DNA of 64,000 bases, taken from Minisyncoccota bacterium (GTDB lineage: Bacteria > Patescibacteriota > Minisyncoccia > Phycocordibacterales > JABMNX01). This document shows positions 1 to 9,812 of this stretch, piece by piece. The notes under the pieces are model-generated. The model searched no databases and was not told where the DNA came from. It worked only from the letters and a program-made list of their open reading frames with translations. Position 1 is the first letter of the stretch, and each line of letters opens with the position of its first letter. The stretch is from positions 12,172 through 76,171 of the forward strand of contig OZ244961.1 of assembly GCA_965222715.1 (NCBI GenBank). The letters run 5' to 3'. The position numbers and the translations under genes are program-made.

Positions 1-10
1 CACCGTCGCG

Positions 11-1000
11 GTGTTTGCGGTTGCATTTTTCGTGCTAGCCCTTGTACCACTTATAACTCACGCAAGCGTCATATCGTTTCTCTCACAACTACTTGGAAGT
101 AGTAGCGCGTATGCTGATGAAGAGGTGACATCACGTACTGGTGGTGCACTTCAGGCAGCACGTAATATTGACCCAAACCCATCAAAGGGTGGTGGTGACA
201 TTACGGTTGTGAATGACTCAGCGCTTCTTTCGAGTACTGGTCCTGCGGGAACACTTGCTGACATTGAAGAGCGGCCAACAAATGGTGGTCAAATTAGTAT
301 CTATGTAGTTCGTGAAGGTGATTCCCTCTCACAAATTGCAAGGATGTTTGGCGTTTCAACCAACACCATTATTTGGGCAAATGATATACAACGAGGCTCA
401 CTCATTCGTGAAGGTCAAACACTCGTCATCCTCCCTATTACTGGTGTGCGTCACACTATCACAAAGGGTGACACACTAAGAAGTATTGCAAAGAAGTATG
501 ATGGTGATGTTGATGAAATTATTCAATATAATGGCCTTTCAGAAGACGGTACGCTTTCAGTTGGTACCGTCATTACTATTCCAGGCGGTCGAGATGCAAC
601 ACCAACCTATAGTGGCACCACTCAGATTGTTCGTGGTTCAGGTGGACCAACGTACACTGGGTACTACATTAAACCAGTAATAAATGGAAGACGCTCACAG
701 GGGCTTCATGGTTACAATGGTGTTGACCTCGCAGCACCAGTTGGAACACCAATTCTTGCGGCAGCAACCGGTGACGTTATTGTAGTACGAAACGGTGGAT
801 GGAATGGTGGGTACGGAACTTATGTAGTCATCCGACATGACAATGGTACACAAACACTTTATGCGCATAACTCAAAAAATATTGTCTACGCTGGACAGCG
901 AGTCGTGCAAGGACAAGTGATTGGGTACGTTGGTAATACTGGTCGTTCAACAGGACCACACCTCCATTTTGAAGTTCGTGGTGCGAAAAATCCATTTTAA
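11..1000 (+). CDS. LysM-domain (x2) / peptidase M23 family protein, secreted
   Basis: N-terminal signal peptide; two LysM-like repeats (GDSLSQIARMFGV, GDTLRSIAKKYDG); C-terminal M23 motifs (HNGTQTLYAHN, GNTGRSTGPHLHFEV). The start may lie upstream of the window. Confidence 0.8.
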   Translation: MFAVAFFVLALVPLITHASVISFLSQLLGSSSAYADEEVTSRTGGALQAARNIDPNPSKGGGDITVVNDSALLSSTGPAGTLADIEERPTNGGQISIYVVREGDSLSQIARMFGVSTNTIIWANDIQRGSLIREGQTLVILPITGVRHTITKGDTLRSIAKKYDGDVDEIIQYNGLSEDGTLSVGTVITIPGGRDATPTYSGTTQIVRGSGGPTYTGYYIKPVINGRRSQGLHGYNGVDLAAPVGTPILAAATGDVIVVRNGGWNGGYGTYVVIRHDNGTQTLYAHNSKNIVYAGQRVVQGQVIGYVGNTGRSTGPHLHFEVRGAKNPF

Positions 1001-1028
1001 ATACTTTTAGAAAAGTACAAACAATAAA

Positions 1029-1048
1029 CGCCAAGAGTACTCTTGGCG
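1029..1048 (+). terminator. Terminator, copy 1 of the palindrome CGCCAAGAGTACTCTTGGCG
   Basis: Read directly after the stop of ORF 11-1000. Confidence 0.6.
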
Positions 1049-1078
1049 TTTATTGTGGCTCTATTAAGGTATATAAAT

Positions 1079-1113
1079 ATTGACAAAAAATTAAAAACAA
1101 AGTATAATTTATA
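1079..1113 (+). promoter_or_regulatory. Near-consensus sigma70 promoter (TTGACA-17-TATAAT) upstream of ORF 1132
   Basis: ttgacaaaaaattaaaaacaaagtataat, read directly. Confidence 0.5.
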
Positions 1114-1131
1114 TACCTAGTTCTTTACGTA

Positions 1132-1752
1132 ATGGAGGTTGTAATGACCCTCTCCGAACTGTTGATTCTTGGATCAACGGGGCTGGTTGTTGCAACAACC
1201 GTCCTGTACATCCATTCAATCAATAATGCCAGTACCACACCAAGTATGTGGATGTGGTCAGTCCTCTTAACTCGTTCGGGTATCGATGCACTTGTCTATG
1301 CCGATTTAACTGACTGGGTACTCGCAGCTCCAAAGGTTGCAACAGTTTTGGGTATCAGTTGTGTTGTTTGGAAGGCTGTGCAGAAAAGCGAGGGGTGGCG
1401 TTTCCGAAAGAAAAATGATGCCTACGTTATGGCAATATCCTTCTTGGCATTGGGATTGTGGGGTTTTGGTTTTGTGGGACCTGGTTGGGGTAATGTTATT
1501 GTCCTGGTTGGGATGACGCTCGCATACATACCAAAATACTCTGCACTCTTTGATCTTGAAAGCAAGGAACATCCTCTTCCATGGACTTGCGCCACAGCTG
1601 TGAACTTCCTACTTTTTGTTGCTGTTGCGGTTAGTTCTCACACCACGAACTATTGGGCATACGTTGGTCCCATCGTGGGAACACTTCTCAATGCTATGGT
1701 GCTCATTCTTGAACTCCGTCGCAGAAGTAAACTCAGAGCTCGTCTCCTCTAA
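1132..1752 (+). CDS. hypothetical multi-pass membrane protein
   Basis: Long ORF with 5-6 hydrophobic segments; no motif recognised. Confidence 0.5.
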   Translation: MEVVMTLSELLILGSTGLVVATTVLYIHSINNASTTPSMWMWSVLLTRSGIDALVYADLTDWVLAAPKVATVLGISCVVWKAVQKSEGWRFRKKNDAYVMAISFLALGLWGFGFVGPGWGNVIVLVGMTLAYIPKYSALFDLESKEHPLPWTCATAVNFLLFVAVAVSSHTTNYWAYVGPIVGTLLNAMVLILELRRRSKLRARLL

Positions 1753-1781
1753 GGAAACGAGCTCATTTATTTATCAATATG

Positions 1782-3296
1782 TTATAAAAATTGCCGTGGT
1801 CTATATTGAAGCGCTTCAAGTATATGCTTTTCTTCAACTTCTACTGAGTCCTCGATATCAGCAATAGTGCGTCCAAGTTTTATTACTCGGTGATATGCAC
1901 GTGGTGAAAGGTCAAGTTTTGCCGCAGCGGTGTTCAGTGTATCACGCACAGCTTGAGAGAGTGTGACGTACTTACTTAAGTCGCGAACAGTCATCTCACT
2001 ATTTGTTTTGGATTGGTGTTTGAGCCGTTGGTGTTGTATTTCTCGCGCTTTCACAATCTTTTCTCGAAGAGTGTGTGATTCACGAGGGCGCTCTGTATTT
2101 CCTGAAAGACTCTTGTGATCAATGTGACCCACCTCAATCCACATATCAACTCTATCAATAATTGGTCCCGATATTTTCTTTTGAAATCTGCTTTGCTCAA
2201 GCCCATCAGTGCGTTCGGGTGGGTTCATTGCGGCAACTAAAATAAAATTTGCAGGAAATAGTGCTGAGCCTTTTGATCGAACAACACTTACTGCCCGCTC
2301 TTCAAGTGGTTGGCGTAGTGCTTCAATAGTGCGACGTTCAAATTCAGGGAACTCATCAAGGAAAAGTACCCCACGATGTGCAAGTGTTATCTCTCCTGGC
2401 TTTGGTACTGTTCCTCCACCAACAAGCGAAACGTATGAAGCGGTGTGGTGTGGTGCCCGGAACGGTGGGTGTGTTACTAGGGAGCTGTGTAGAGCACCAG
2501 CAATAGAGTGAATTGAGGTCACCTCAAGAATTTCTTCAAATAATAGAGGCGGCAGAATATTAGTGAATGCTCGCGCGAGCATCGTCTTCCCTGTTCCCGG
2601 TGGGCCGTAGAGGACAATATTATGTCTACCAGCTGCAGCAATAAGAAGACCTCGTTTTGCACTTTCTTGTCCTTGAATATCACCAAAGTCAATCAGGTTA
2701 TCAGGTTCAGTATAGACCACTTTTGTTTTAGGTTGGGGTAGTATACGAGCTTTTGACTCTTCCGACTCGGCGGTTTCTTTTTCATTAATGTGATTGAGTA
2801 CTTCAGACAGTGCTGATGCACCAAAAACCGTAATACCATCAATGAGAGCTGCTTCTTCGGCATTTTCATGTGGTACAAATGCGGTAGAAAAACCTTTTTC
2901 TACCGCTTTGCGGATAAGTGGGAGTATGCCATTAATTGGGCGAATCTCGCCATCAAGTGAGAGCTCTCCAAGAAACAAAATATTCTTTGGATCGAAAGCA
3001 ATTTCTTTTGTTGCAAGCAAATATGCAACAGCGATGCCCACGTCAAACGCTGGTCCTTCTTTCTTTAAATCAGCAGGAGCGAGAGAAATAACGACTTTCT
3101 GATTTTTTCCTTTGGGCGAGGTGTAGCCAGTGTTTTTAATTGCAGCAGATACCCGATCTCGCGACTCTTCAACTGCTTTGCCGGGAAGGCCGACAATAGA
3201 AAAAGCATGAAGTCCTTTCGACAAATCAACTTCTATATCAATAATATGAGCTTCAAGGAGTGTTGTTTGTGCGCTGTATACTTTAGCGAAGCTCAT
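1782..3296 (-). CDS. comM: YifB/ComM family Mg-chelatase-like AAA+ ATPase (Lon-like N-domain + AAA + ChlI C-domain)
   Basis: Walker A LYGPPGTGKTMLARA; Lon-like N-terminus; typical ComM length of about 500 aa. Confidence 0.85.
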   Translation of the reverse strand: MSFAKVYSAQTTLLEAHIIDIEVDLSKGLHAFSIVGLPGKAVEESRDRVSAAIKNTGYTSPKGKNQKVVISLAPADLKKEGPAFDVGIAVAYLLATKEIAFDPKNILFLGELSLDGEIRPINGILPLIRKAVEKGFSTAFVPHENAEEAALIDGITVFGASALSEVLNHINEKETAESEESKARILPQPKTKVVYTEPDNLIDFGDIQGQESAKRGLLIAAAGRHNIVLYGPPGTGKTMLARAFTNILPPLLFEEILEVTSIHSIAGALHSSLVTHPPFRAPHHTASYVSLVGGGTVPKPGEITLAHRGVLFLDEFPEFERRTIEALRQPLEERAVSVVRSKGSALFPANFILVAAMNPPERTDGLEQSRFQKKISGPIIDRVDMWIEVGHIDHKSLSGNTERPRESHTLREKIVKAREIQHQRLKHQSKTNSEMTVRDLSKYVTLSQAVRDTLNTAAAKLDLSPRAYHRVIKLGRTIADIEDSVEVEEKHILEALQYRPRQFL

Positions 3297-3311
3297 TCTT
3301 TATATTGGAGA

Positions 3312-3680
3312 CTACTTACTCTCCATGTGTTTTTTGCAGGTTGTTGCTGCAGGGTTCGCATTAAGTCGGTCTTCCTCAATTTCTTCACCACTCACTTCAC
3401 ATATGCCATACGTACCGTCCTCAATTCTCTTTAGTGCTGCTTTTACGTTGTTGTACCGCACTTCAAGGTCGCGAAGAATACTTGCATTTGATTCATACCC
3501 TTCAATTGCATCAGCTCGTTCGTTTGGATCAGCGTCTTGCACGTTCAAGTTGGCACCCTTTGCTTCCCAGTCCTCTGTTTCGCTATCAGGGTTACGTGTC
3601 GCAACTTTTTCAAGTTCACTGGTAAGAGTTTCTAATTCTTTCTCTAATTTTTCTTTATATTTTTCTGTGTCAATTGCCAT
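3312..3680 (-). CDS. DksA/TraR-family RNA polymerase-binding protein (degenerate zinc finger)
   Basis: Coiled-coil N-terminus; C-terminal ...RIEDGTYGICEVSGEEIEEDRLNANPAATTCKKH resembles the DksA C4 finger with only two Cys. Confidence 0.55.
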   Translation of the reverse strand: MAIDTEKYKEKLEKELETLTSELEKVATRNPDSETEDWEAKGANLNVQDADPNERADAIEGYESNASILRDLEVRYNNVKAALKRIEDGTYGICEVSGEEIEEDRLNANPAATTCKKHMESK

Positions 3681-3713
3681 ATAGCTATAGTATACCCGAG
3701 TGTCGAGAGGACA

Positions 3714-4736
3714 TCAAAATACTCTCACTGTATTCATTCGGGTGATAATCTCAACAAGAGTGTTTTCATTGGTGGTTATGATGAGCATCTGCTGGTTAGG
3801 AAACGCGTAGAGTAGTTCGATATCACCCTCTTCGTTAGTAAGTACTCGCGCGTCTATATTTCGTACTACTTTATCTATAAATGATTTTGTAAATAAATCG
3901 CTTGAGTCAACATTTTCCTCTGTTACATTTCGTTTCATAAACAAAAAGAGGTCGCTGTAGATAGCATTTTCCCATTCAAGCATTCCGGCAAAACTGTTTT
4001 GATACGAGTTTGAGATAAAAATAAGAAATGGTTGGTTTTGATTAAAAACATGCACACCAAACATAAAGTCGTCTCGTAGTGAACGTAGAAACGAGTCGTC
4101 TACTGATGCATCAATGGATTCAAGAAATGCTCGAGCGGTAAGCAGCGTGGCTGTACTCGTTGGTGTTTGCTTTTCTGTAATATAGAAATGCATTACCTCG
4201 CTCAGTGGCAGTGAAACACCCACCCGAGCCTGCCAAAGTTTTTGGAGTACATTTCGTGGTTGAGTGTTAGTTATATCAATCTCTTGTTGCTCTTCAGAAA
4301 AAATAAGTGAAGGGACTTCTTGTTCAACAGCAACTTCTTTCTCGCCTTCGTATATAAATAAAAAGTATGAAATAACCCCTACTCCCACAAGAAGTAAGAG
4401 AACACTAAGCCCCACAAGCACTATTTTCTTCACATCAAGGTGAGACGTTTCCCCACCCATATCCTTGGGGAGTCTAGTTCGACGTCGTTCTTCTGCAGCA
4501 GTAACGCTAGTAAGGGATGCTTTTTGGTTTTGTATTGCTCGAGCAAGATCTTCTTTGTAGGTTCGGACTCTCTGCACAATACCACCCTCTTCTTTTTGTT
4601 GAGGTGTTGTTTGAGGAGTCTCTGTGTTTTCTGTGCTCTCGTTGGGTAGTGCTTTTTCTTTATTTTCTTCTCCGTCCATGGTGGGTCTATTGTACCACGA
4701 TGCATAAGTACCTAAATATGTAGGTGCAGATATCAA
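3714..4736 (-). CDS. hypothetical single-pass membrane-anchored protein
   Basis: One TM segment (IVLVGLSVLLLLVGVGVISYFLFI); no recognisable domain. Confidence 0.45.
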   Translation of the reverse strand: MISAPTYLGTYASWYNRPTMDGEENKEKALPNESTENTETPQTTPQQKEEGGIVQRVRTYKEDLARAIQNQKASLTSVTAAEERRRTRLPKDMGGETSHLDVKKIVLVGLSVLLLLVGVGVISYFLFIYEGEKEVAVEQEVPSLIFSEEQQEIDITNTQPRNVLQKLWQARVGVSLPLSEVMHFYITEKQTPTSTATLLTARAFLESIDASVDDSFLRSLRDDFMFGVHVFNQNQPFLIFISNSYQNSFAGMLEWENAIYSDLFLFMKRNVTEENVDSSDLFTKSFIDKVVRNIDARVLTNEEGDIELLYAFPNQQMLIITTNENTLVEIITRMNTVRVF

Positions 4737-4791
4737 GAAAAGAAATTACAGGAGAAACAAAAAACCACCTCGTGGGTGGTCTTTTGTGTAT

Positions 4792-5328
4792 TTAACCTCT
4801 GGTGAATTTCCAAGTGCTTTTATTACCAATAAGGTATTTTTTAGGATCATCGCACATATCAATAAAATCATCACTTACTTCTCGAAGTCGAGACGAAGAA
4901 GACTTACCAAACGAAATAACTTCAACCTGGCACCCTTCTTTGTTTTGTAAGTACTCAACAAGGGGTACGAAGTCTCCATCACCAGTTGCAAGAATAACCG
5001 CATCAAGTTTTGACGCTGCTGCAACAGCGTCGATTGAAAGACCAACATCCCAGTCTGCTTTCTTAGCACCCCCATAAAAAACTTGTAAGTCTTTTGTTTT
5101 TATTTCAATACCAAGTTTTTCAAGTGCTTCAAAGAAGTTTTGTTCTTCCCCGCTTTCAGTTGTCACCACGTAGGCTCGAGCTCGAATGAGCTGCCTACCT
5201 GCAACCGCTTCTTTGAGTACGTTTCCAAAATTAACTTTTGCTTTATATAAATTTTTAGCGCTATGGTAGAGATTTTGTGTATCAATAAAAACACCAACGC
5301 GCTGTTCTTTGTGTTTAACAACAGCCAT
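4792..5328 (-). CDS. NYN-domain (LabA-like) putative RNase
   Basis: VGVFIDTQNLYHSAK ... ILATGDGDFVPLVEYL pattern typical of NYN/LabA. Confidence 0.7.
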   Translation of the reverse strand: MAVVKHKEQRVGVFIDTQNLYHSAKNLYKAKVNFGNVLKEAVAGRQLIRARAYVVTTESGEEQNFFEALEKLGIEIKTKDLQVFYGGAKKADWDVGLSIDAVAAASKLDAVILATGDGDFVPLVEYLQNKEGCQVEVISFGKSSSSRLREVSDDFIDMCDDPKKYLIGNKSTWKFTRG

Positions 5329-5479
5329 ACTATGTTATGAGAAATTATGTACTGAATGTCAGTACTACTTATAAAAAATGCTCACGAAAGAACTGTACCC
5401 TCTCTGTATCATACTATAAAAAGAAAAAATGTGCGCCTCACACATAATCCTACATCTAGCGGTGTAGAGATCCTCTGGA

Positions 5480-5746
5480 TTACTTCTTAAGACCAAGTTT
5501 TTTAACAATAGCGTTATATGAACGCTTGTTGTTTTTTTCAAGATACTTAAGGTGCTTGCGTCGGTCAGCAACCATTTGAAGAAGACCGCGTCTCGAGTGC
5601 TTGTCTTTTGTATTTTTCTTAAGGTGTGCAGTCAATGCATCAATTTTCTTAGACAAAAGTGCAACCTGGACCTCAGCAGATCCAGTGTCATTATCGTGTT
5701 TTTGCACACCTTTTATAGCGCGCGCTTTTTTCTGTTTCGTAAGCAT
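5480..5746 (-). CDS. rpsO: 30S ribosomal protein S15
   Basis: SAEVQVALLSKKIDALTAHLKKNTKDKHSRRGLLQMV ... matches S15. Start set at the internal Met (MLTKQKK), not the 5782 ORF start. Confidence 0.85.
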   Translation of the reverse strand: MLTKQKKARAIKGVQKHDNDTGSAEVQVALLSKKIDALTAHLKKNTKDKHSRRGLLQMVADRRKHLKYLEKNNKRSYNAIVKKLGLKK

Positions 5747-5919
5747 TGACCAAAGCATAGCACAGTTGTGCGGTTTTTGCAAGTTTTTCTGTATTCACTA
5801 CCATTTCCCTAAAATACCGCACAAACACATTATACGACGCGAAGATCATCGCATAATGTCAAAATATTGTGCAACATTAAAGTGTCGCACAATATTTTGG
5901 TATACTACTCATTACTAGT

Positions 5920-6822
5920 ATGGCAGGCAATCTAAAAACACTAAAACAAGAGTTTCTTGAGTATCTTGAAATAGAACGTGGGCGCGCGCTTAAGACAGTT
6001 GAAAACTATGATCGGTATCTCACTCGATTTCTTGATTTCTCCAAAGCAAAACAATCGAATGACATCACTGAAGAGAAGGTTCGTAAGTTTCGATTAGAAT
6101 TGAATCGCTCGGGCCTCAATCGAAGAACTCAAAACTATTACCTCATTGCACTCAGACAATTTTTAAAATTTCTCTTGAAACGAGGACATAAAACACTTGC
6201 GCCGGATACTATTGAACTTGCAAAAGAAACCCAGCGTGACATCTCACTTATCTCCCCCACTGAACTCAAACGACTACTCGAAGCACCAGAAGGAAATGAC
6301 GAGAAGTCTCTTCGCGATCGCGCAATACTCAACCTTCTCTTTTCAACTGGCCTTCGTGTTTCTGAACTTTGTGCACTTTCTCGGTATCTTGATTGGAATC
6401 GAGATGAAATAGCGGTCCGTGGGAAAGGTGGTAAGGTGCGTCCAGTATTCATCTCACCTCGTGCAAAAGAAACAATAAAAAAGTATCTCTCTAAACGAAA
6501 AGATACTGACGAAGCATTATTTGTCCATTTTGGTCGTGGAGCAAAACGCGCTGAGAGTGCTGATGGGTCGCGTGCACTTTCACCGAGAAGTGTCGAGCGT
6601 TTAGTGAAACACTATGCAGTGAAAGCGGGTATTGATAAACGTGTTACACCACATACCCTCAGACACTCATTTGCAACTGATTTATTACAAAATGGCGCTG
6701 ACCTGCGTTCTGTTCAGGCACTCCTTGGACATGCACACATTGGCACAACACAAGTCTACACACACGTAACTGATAAACATTTACATGATATTCATAAAAA
6801 GTTTCATGGGAAAGGTCAGTAG
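5920..6822 (+). CDS. tyrosine site-specific recombinase, XerC/XerD family
   Basis: C-terminal catalytic box LRHSFATDLLQNGADLRSVQALLGHAHIGTTQVYTHV (R..HxxR..Y). Confidence 0.85.
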   Translation: MAGNLKTLKQEFLEYLEIERGRALKTVENYDRYLTRFLDFSKAKQSNDITEEKVRKFRLELNRSGLNRRTQNYYLIALRQFLKFLLKRGHKTLAPDTIELAKETQRDISLISPTELKRLLEAPEGNDEKSLRDRAILNLLFSTGLRVSELCALSRYLDWNRDEIAVRGKGGKVRPVFISPRAKETIKKYLSKRKDTDEALFVHFGRGAKRAESADGSRALSPRSVERLVKHYAVKAGIDKRVTPHTLRHSFATDLLQNGADLRSVQALLGHAHIGTTQVYTHVTDKHLHDIHKKFHGKGQ

Positions 6823-6903
6823 GTATATCCACACATCCTTATACATTATCCATTGATGTGGAGGTAGTATAAAAATACGGTCGATTACTTACTCTAAACT
6901 GTT

Positions 6904-7296
6904 TTGTATATGGATATGACACTATTTCTTGCACAGGTAATGGGAATTTATTTCCTCGTTGCTGGTGTTGGTGTACTCATGAACCCAGCTCGCATGAAAG
7001 GGGCAGTGAGAGAAGCGCAAAGAAGCTACCTACTTCCTTATTTCGATGGAGCTATTGCCCTCATCGTTGGTCTGCTTATTGTACTTAATCACAATATGTG
7101 GAATGACCTACTTACCTCATTAGTGAGTCTCGTTGGTTGGGTTGCCGTTCTTGAAGGTGTGCTCATGCTTACTCTTCCACAAAAATCAATTTCAGCACTT
7201 ATGGAAAGTTTCGCTGGTGCACATCTTGGACGATTTATGGGAGTGGTCTCAGTAGTTATTGGTATCTATTTAGTGTATCAAGGATTTCTCCTGTAA
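6904..7296 (+). CDS. hypothetical small membrane protein (4 TM)
   Basis: Hydrophobic ORF followed by the terminator hairpin at 7319-7356. Confidence 0.45.
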   Translation: MYMDMTLFLAQVMGIYFLVAGVGVLMNPARMKGAVREAQRSYLLPYFDGAIALIVGLLIVLNHNMWNDLLTSLVSLVGWVAVLEGVLMLTLPQKSISALMESFAGAHLGRFMGVVSVVIGIYLVYQGFLL

Positions 7297-7318
7297 AAAA
7301 GAAGAGACTGGTATAAAA

Positions 7319-7356
7319 ACACGCCACCAAAAATACCAAGGTGGCGTGTTTTTGTG
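7319..7356 (+). terminator. Rho-independent terminator (ACACGCCACC...GGTGGCGTGT + T-run)
   Basis: 10-bp perfect stem followed by TTTTTG. Confidence 0.6.
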
Positions 7357-7374
7357 TGGTATCATCAGTACGTA

Positions 7375-8175
7375 ATGAAAATATACTCCTGGAATGTAAA
7401 CGGTATTCGCGCAGTAGATCGAAAAGGTCTGTTTATGCCGTTCATTAAAAAACATAAACCCGATATTCTCTGTCTTCAAGAAACAAAGGCGCAGCAAGAG
7501 CAGTCCCCACTCGACTTAAAAGAGTATGTCGAGTACTGGAATGGTGCAGAAAAAAAAGGATACTCAGGGACTGCTATTTTCACTAAGGAAAAACCAATTG
7601 CGGTCATGAATGATTTACCTGAAAAGATTGTAAAGAAATATACAATTAAAGATGATGGGTACGGTAATCCAAATACTGAAGGTCGTGTTATTGCTGCAGA
7701 ATTTAAAAAGTTTTTTGTTGTTACCGTCTACACCCCAAATTCAAAAGGTGACCTCTCTCGCCTTTCACTTCGTCATAAAAAATGGGACCCTGCATTTTTA
7801 GAGTACTGTAATGAATTACAAAAAAAGAAACCGGTCATTTTTTGTGGTGACTTAAATGTGGCGCACACTGAAGAAGATCTTGAGCATCCAAAACCGAATG
7901 AAGGAGAGCACGGGTTTACCAAGGAAGAGCGAGAAGGAATTGATAAGGTGATTAAAAAAGGGTTTGTAGATACATTTCGTTACTTTACCCCAGAGGGTAA
8001 GGGGTACTACACATGGTGGAGTCACTGGCAGAAAGCACGTGAGCGAAATGTTGGCTGGCGTATCGACTATATCTTTGCGAGTAAAAAATTAGCACCCAAA
8101 CTTAAGAGTGCAAAAATTCACCCCGATGTCATGGGCTCAGACCACTGTCCGGTGAGCACAGAAATTAATACATAA
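7375..8175 (+). CDS. xth: exodeoxyribonuclease III (AP endonuclease, EEP family)
   Basis: MKIYSWNVNGIRA ... LCLQETK ... WRIDYIF ... GSDHCPV motifs. Confidence 0.85.
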   Translation: MKIYSWNVNGIRAVDRKGLFMPFIKKHKPDILCLQETKAQQEQSPLDLKEYVEYWNGAEKKGYSGTAIFTKEKPIAVMNDLPEKIVKKYTIKDDGYGNPNTEGRVIAAEFKKFFVVTVYTPNSKGDLSRLSLRHKKWDPAFLEYCNELQKKKPVIFCGDLNVAHTEEDLEHPKPNEGEHGFTKEEREGIDKVIKKGFVDTFRYFTPEGKGYYTWWSHWQKARERNVGWRIDYIFASKKLAPKLKSAKIHPDVMGSDHCPVSTEINT

Positions 8176-8446
8176 CTCTGGCTTATCGGCCCGAAGTTTA
8201 TTTATATTTATATAGAGACTTGATAAAAACAAATATGTGTTGTATATTTAATTTTAGAATAGATGTTAGTAAAATCTTAGGAAAAGGGATTTAGAGCCAT
8301 GTTTTTTGCTCCCATGAACCAGAGAGCTATTCAACAAGAGCTCATGAGTCTTCCCAAAAACGAGCGTCGACGAGCTGTTGCTCTCGACATTCTTTTGAAG
8401 ATCGCATTCCTTTTGGTTTTGATCACCATCGGTTCGTTTTCTTGAG

Positions 8447-8653
8447 TTGTCTGTAGAAAGGAGGCCTAAAATGGCAAATCTGGGAGGTTGGTTATTTGTT
8501 CTCTATCATAGCCAACAAACAGGTCAGTGTTTTACACCCTCAGGTTTTCAAACGGGGTGTTCAAACGTACTGGATTGGGTGCTGGTGGCAGTCGTTCTAT
8601 TCGCCACTATTGCCCTACTGAACGAAATGCTAAAAAAACGAAAAGCATCTTGA
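8447..8653 (+). CDS. hypothetical small membrane protein, GC-richer than surroundings
   Basis: ORF with one TM; codon usage differs from neighbours by eye. Confidence 0.3.
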   Translation: MSVERRPKMANLGGWLFVLYHSQQTGQCFTPSGFQTGCSNVLDWVLVAVVLFATIALLNEMLKKRKAS

Positions 8654-8801
8654 CCAACGAAAGAAATCAACCGTTCGCAAGTGTCGCGAACGGTTTTCTT
8701 TTTTATACATCCCTCACCTTTTTATACCTAGAAATGTTCAACATTCGAAAATCGTCCCATCGAGTGAGCTCATGAAAGAGCCTTTATTTAAAGACTCTTT
8801 T

Positions 8802-8830
8802 TGGTTGGTCCTGATAGGACTCGAACCAAT
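8802..8830 (-). other. tRNA 3'-end-like fragment (T-loop GGTTCGAGTCC + acceptor 3' strand + ACCA) without a 5' partner
   Basis: Reverse complement reads ATTGGTTCGAGTCCTATCAGGACCAACCA; no complementary acceptor 5' strand nearby. Confidence 0.35.
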
Positions 8831-8907
8831 ACTTGACATTAGTATTAATATATGATATTATTAAAAGTAGAAATACCCCATTGAAATCCAAATCGGAGGA
8901 ATTTATC

Positions 8908-9144
8908 ATGAACACGAAAAGAATATCTGGATGCTTACTGATTGCCGTCATTGGTTGCGCACTGGCCTACTTTGGCTTCGGACTCATTGATTCGGTGATC
9001 TGGGACAGCACCAATTACCCGTCGTTTTCGAGCAAGTTCACCTCTACCCCATCTCTGTTCGGACTTTCTATGCTTCTGGTGGGAGTCCTCGCCTTCATAT
9101 TCGGATTGCTTGAGGCGGTCGAGGCAATGAGCGAAACGGGGTAA
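8908..9144 (+). CDS. hypothetical small membrane protein (GC-rich)
   Basis: GGAGGA RBS 7 nt before the ATG at 8908; two TM segments. Confidence 0.4.
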   Translation: MNTKRISGCLLIAVIGCALAYFGFGLIDSVIWDSTNYPSFSSKFTSTPSLFGLSMLLVGVLAFIFGLLEAVEAMSETG

Positions 9145-9329
9145 ACACCAAGCGCCTTTGAGGAAGACCTTATAGCTAAGCTGTGCAGCACGCATCTTAT
9201 CTATAAGGTTTTTTTATTTTCATCCCCCCAGCTTTTACATACTCAAAAGTATGCATCACAGATGACCTGACGAGTCTTAAATTATATGGTATGATTAGTT
9301 CAGTTCAGTGGAGTTTTAGGAGAATAAAA

Positions 9330-9605
9330 ATGTTCGACTTCCAACGTTCAATTGTTCTCGGCGCTCTCATTCAAAACACTGATGGCACGGTGACAGTTTG
9401 CCCCCTGTTTCATAACCAGGGAGCAACTATTCCTCAAGAAAACGTTACCCATCAAGTTGTTGAAGAACTTGAAGATTCAAGTGTCATTGTTGTCGATCTG
9501 GGACCTGATGGGCTTTTGACCGACCGTGTTATTATTGGGGTCGGTCATGAAGAGAACATGCGACATATTAATCGCAGCCGCTACTACCAACCTTTCTTTG
9601 GTTGA
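9330..9605 (+). CDS. hypothetical protein
   Basis: AGGAGA RBS before the ATG at 9330; terminator hairpin CCTTAG..CTAAGG+T-run at about 9630-9665. Confidence 0.4.
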   Translation: MFDFQRSIVLGALIQNTDGTVTVCPLFHNQGATIPQENVTHQVVEELEDSSVIVVDLGPDGLLTDRVIIGVGHEENMRHINRSRYYQPFFG

Positions 9606-9701
9606 ATGAACCTTCATTAATATATTCCGCCTTAGCAACGACGACTAAGGTGGTTTTTGTTTTTGTAGCTTTCGTGTATACTTTTTGAATTATGGCAAAA
9701 C

Positions 9702-9812
9702 GAATTACTGGAATTGAGAAAAAACGAGCAACTCGTTCAAAGAAAACAAAAAAGCGCTTAGCTATTAAGCGTGAAATGCTCGCCGCAAAGGCAGCAAAAC
9801 GGGGTAAAAAAT
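9702..9812 (+). CDS. hypothetical 36-aa highly basic peptide (MAKRITGIEKKRATRSKKTKKRLAIKREMLAAKAAKRGKK)
   Basis: Short ORF not in the ORF track (<60 aa); r-protein-like composition but I recognise no family. Confidence 0.25.

Noticed and set aside
486-1034. ORFs 486-680 (+) and 828-1034 (-) overlapping the M23 peptidase
   Set aside because: They sit inside a confidently called gene and have no supporting features.
5920-6822. Calling the tyrosine recombinase a phage integrase marking an island
   Set aside because: The catalytic box and length fit chromosomal XerC/XerD equally well. Flanking genes (rpsO, xth) are housekeeping, so it is reported only as a XerC/D-family recombinase.
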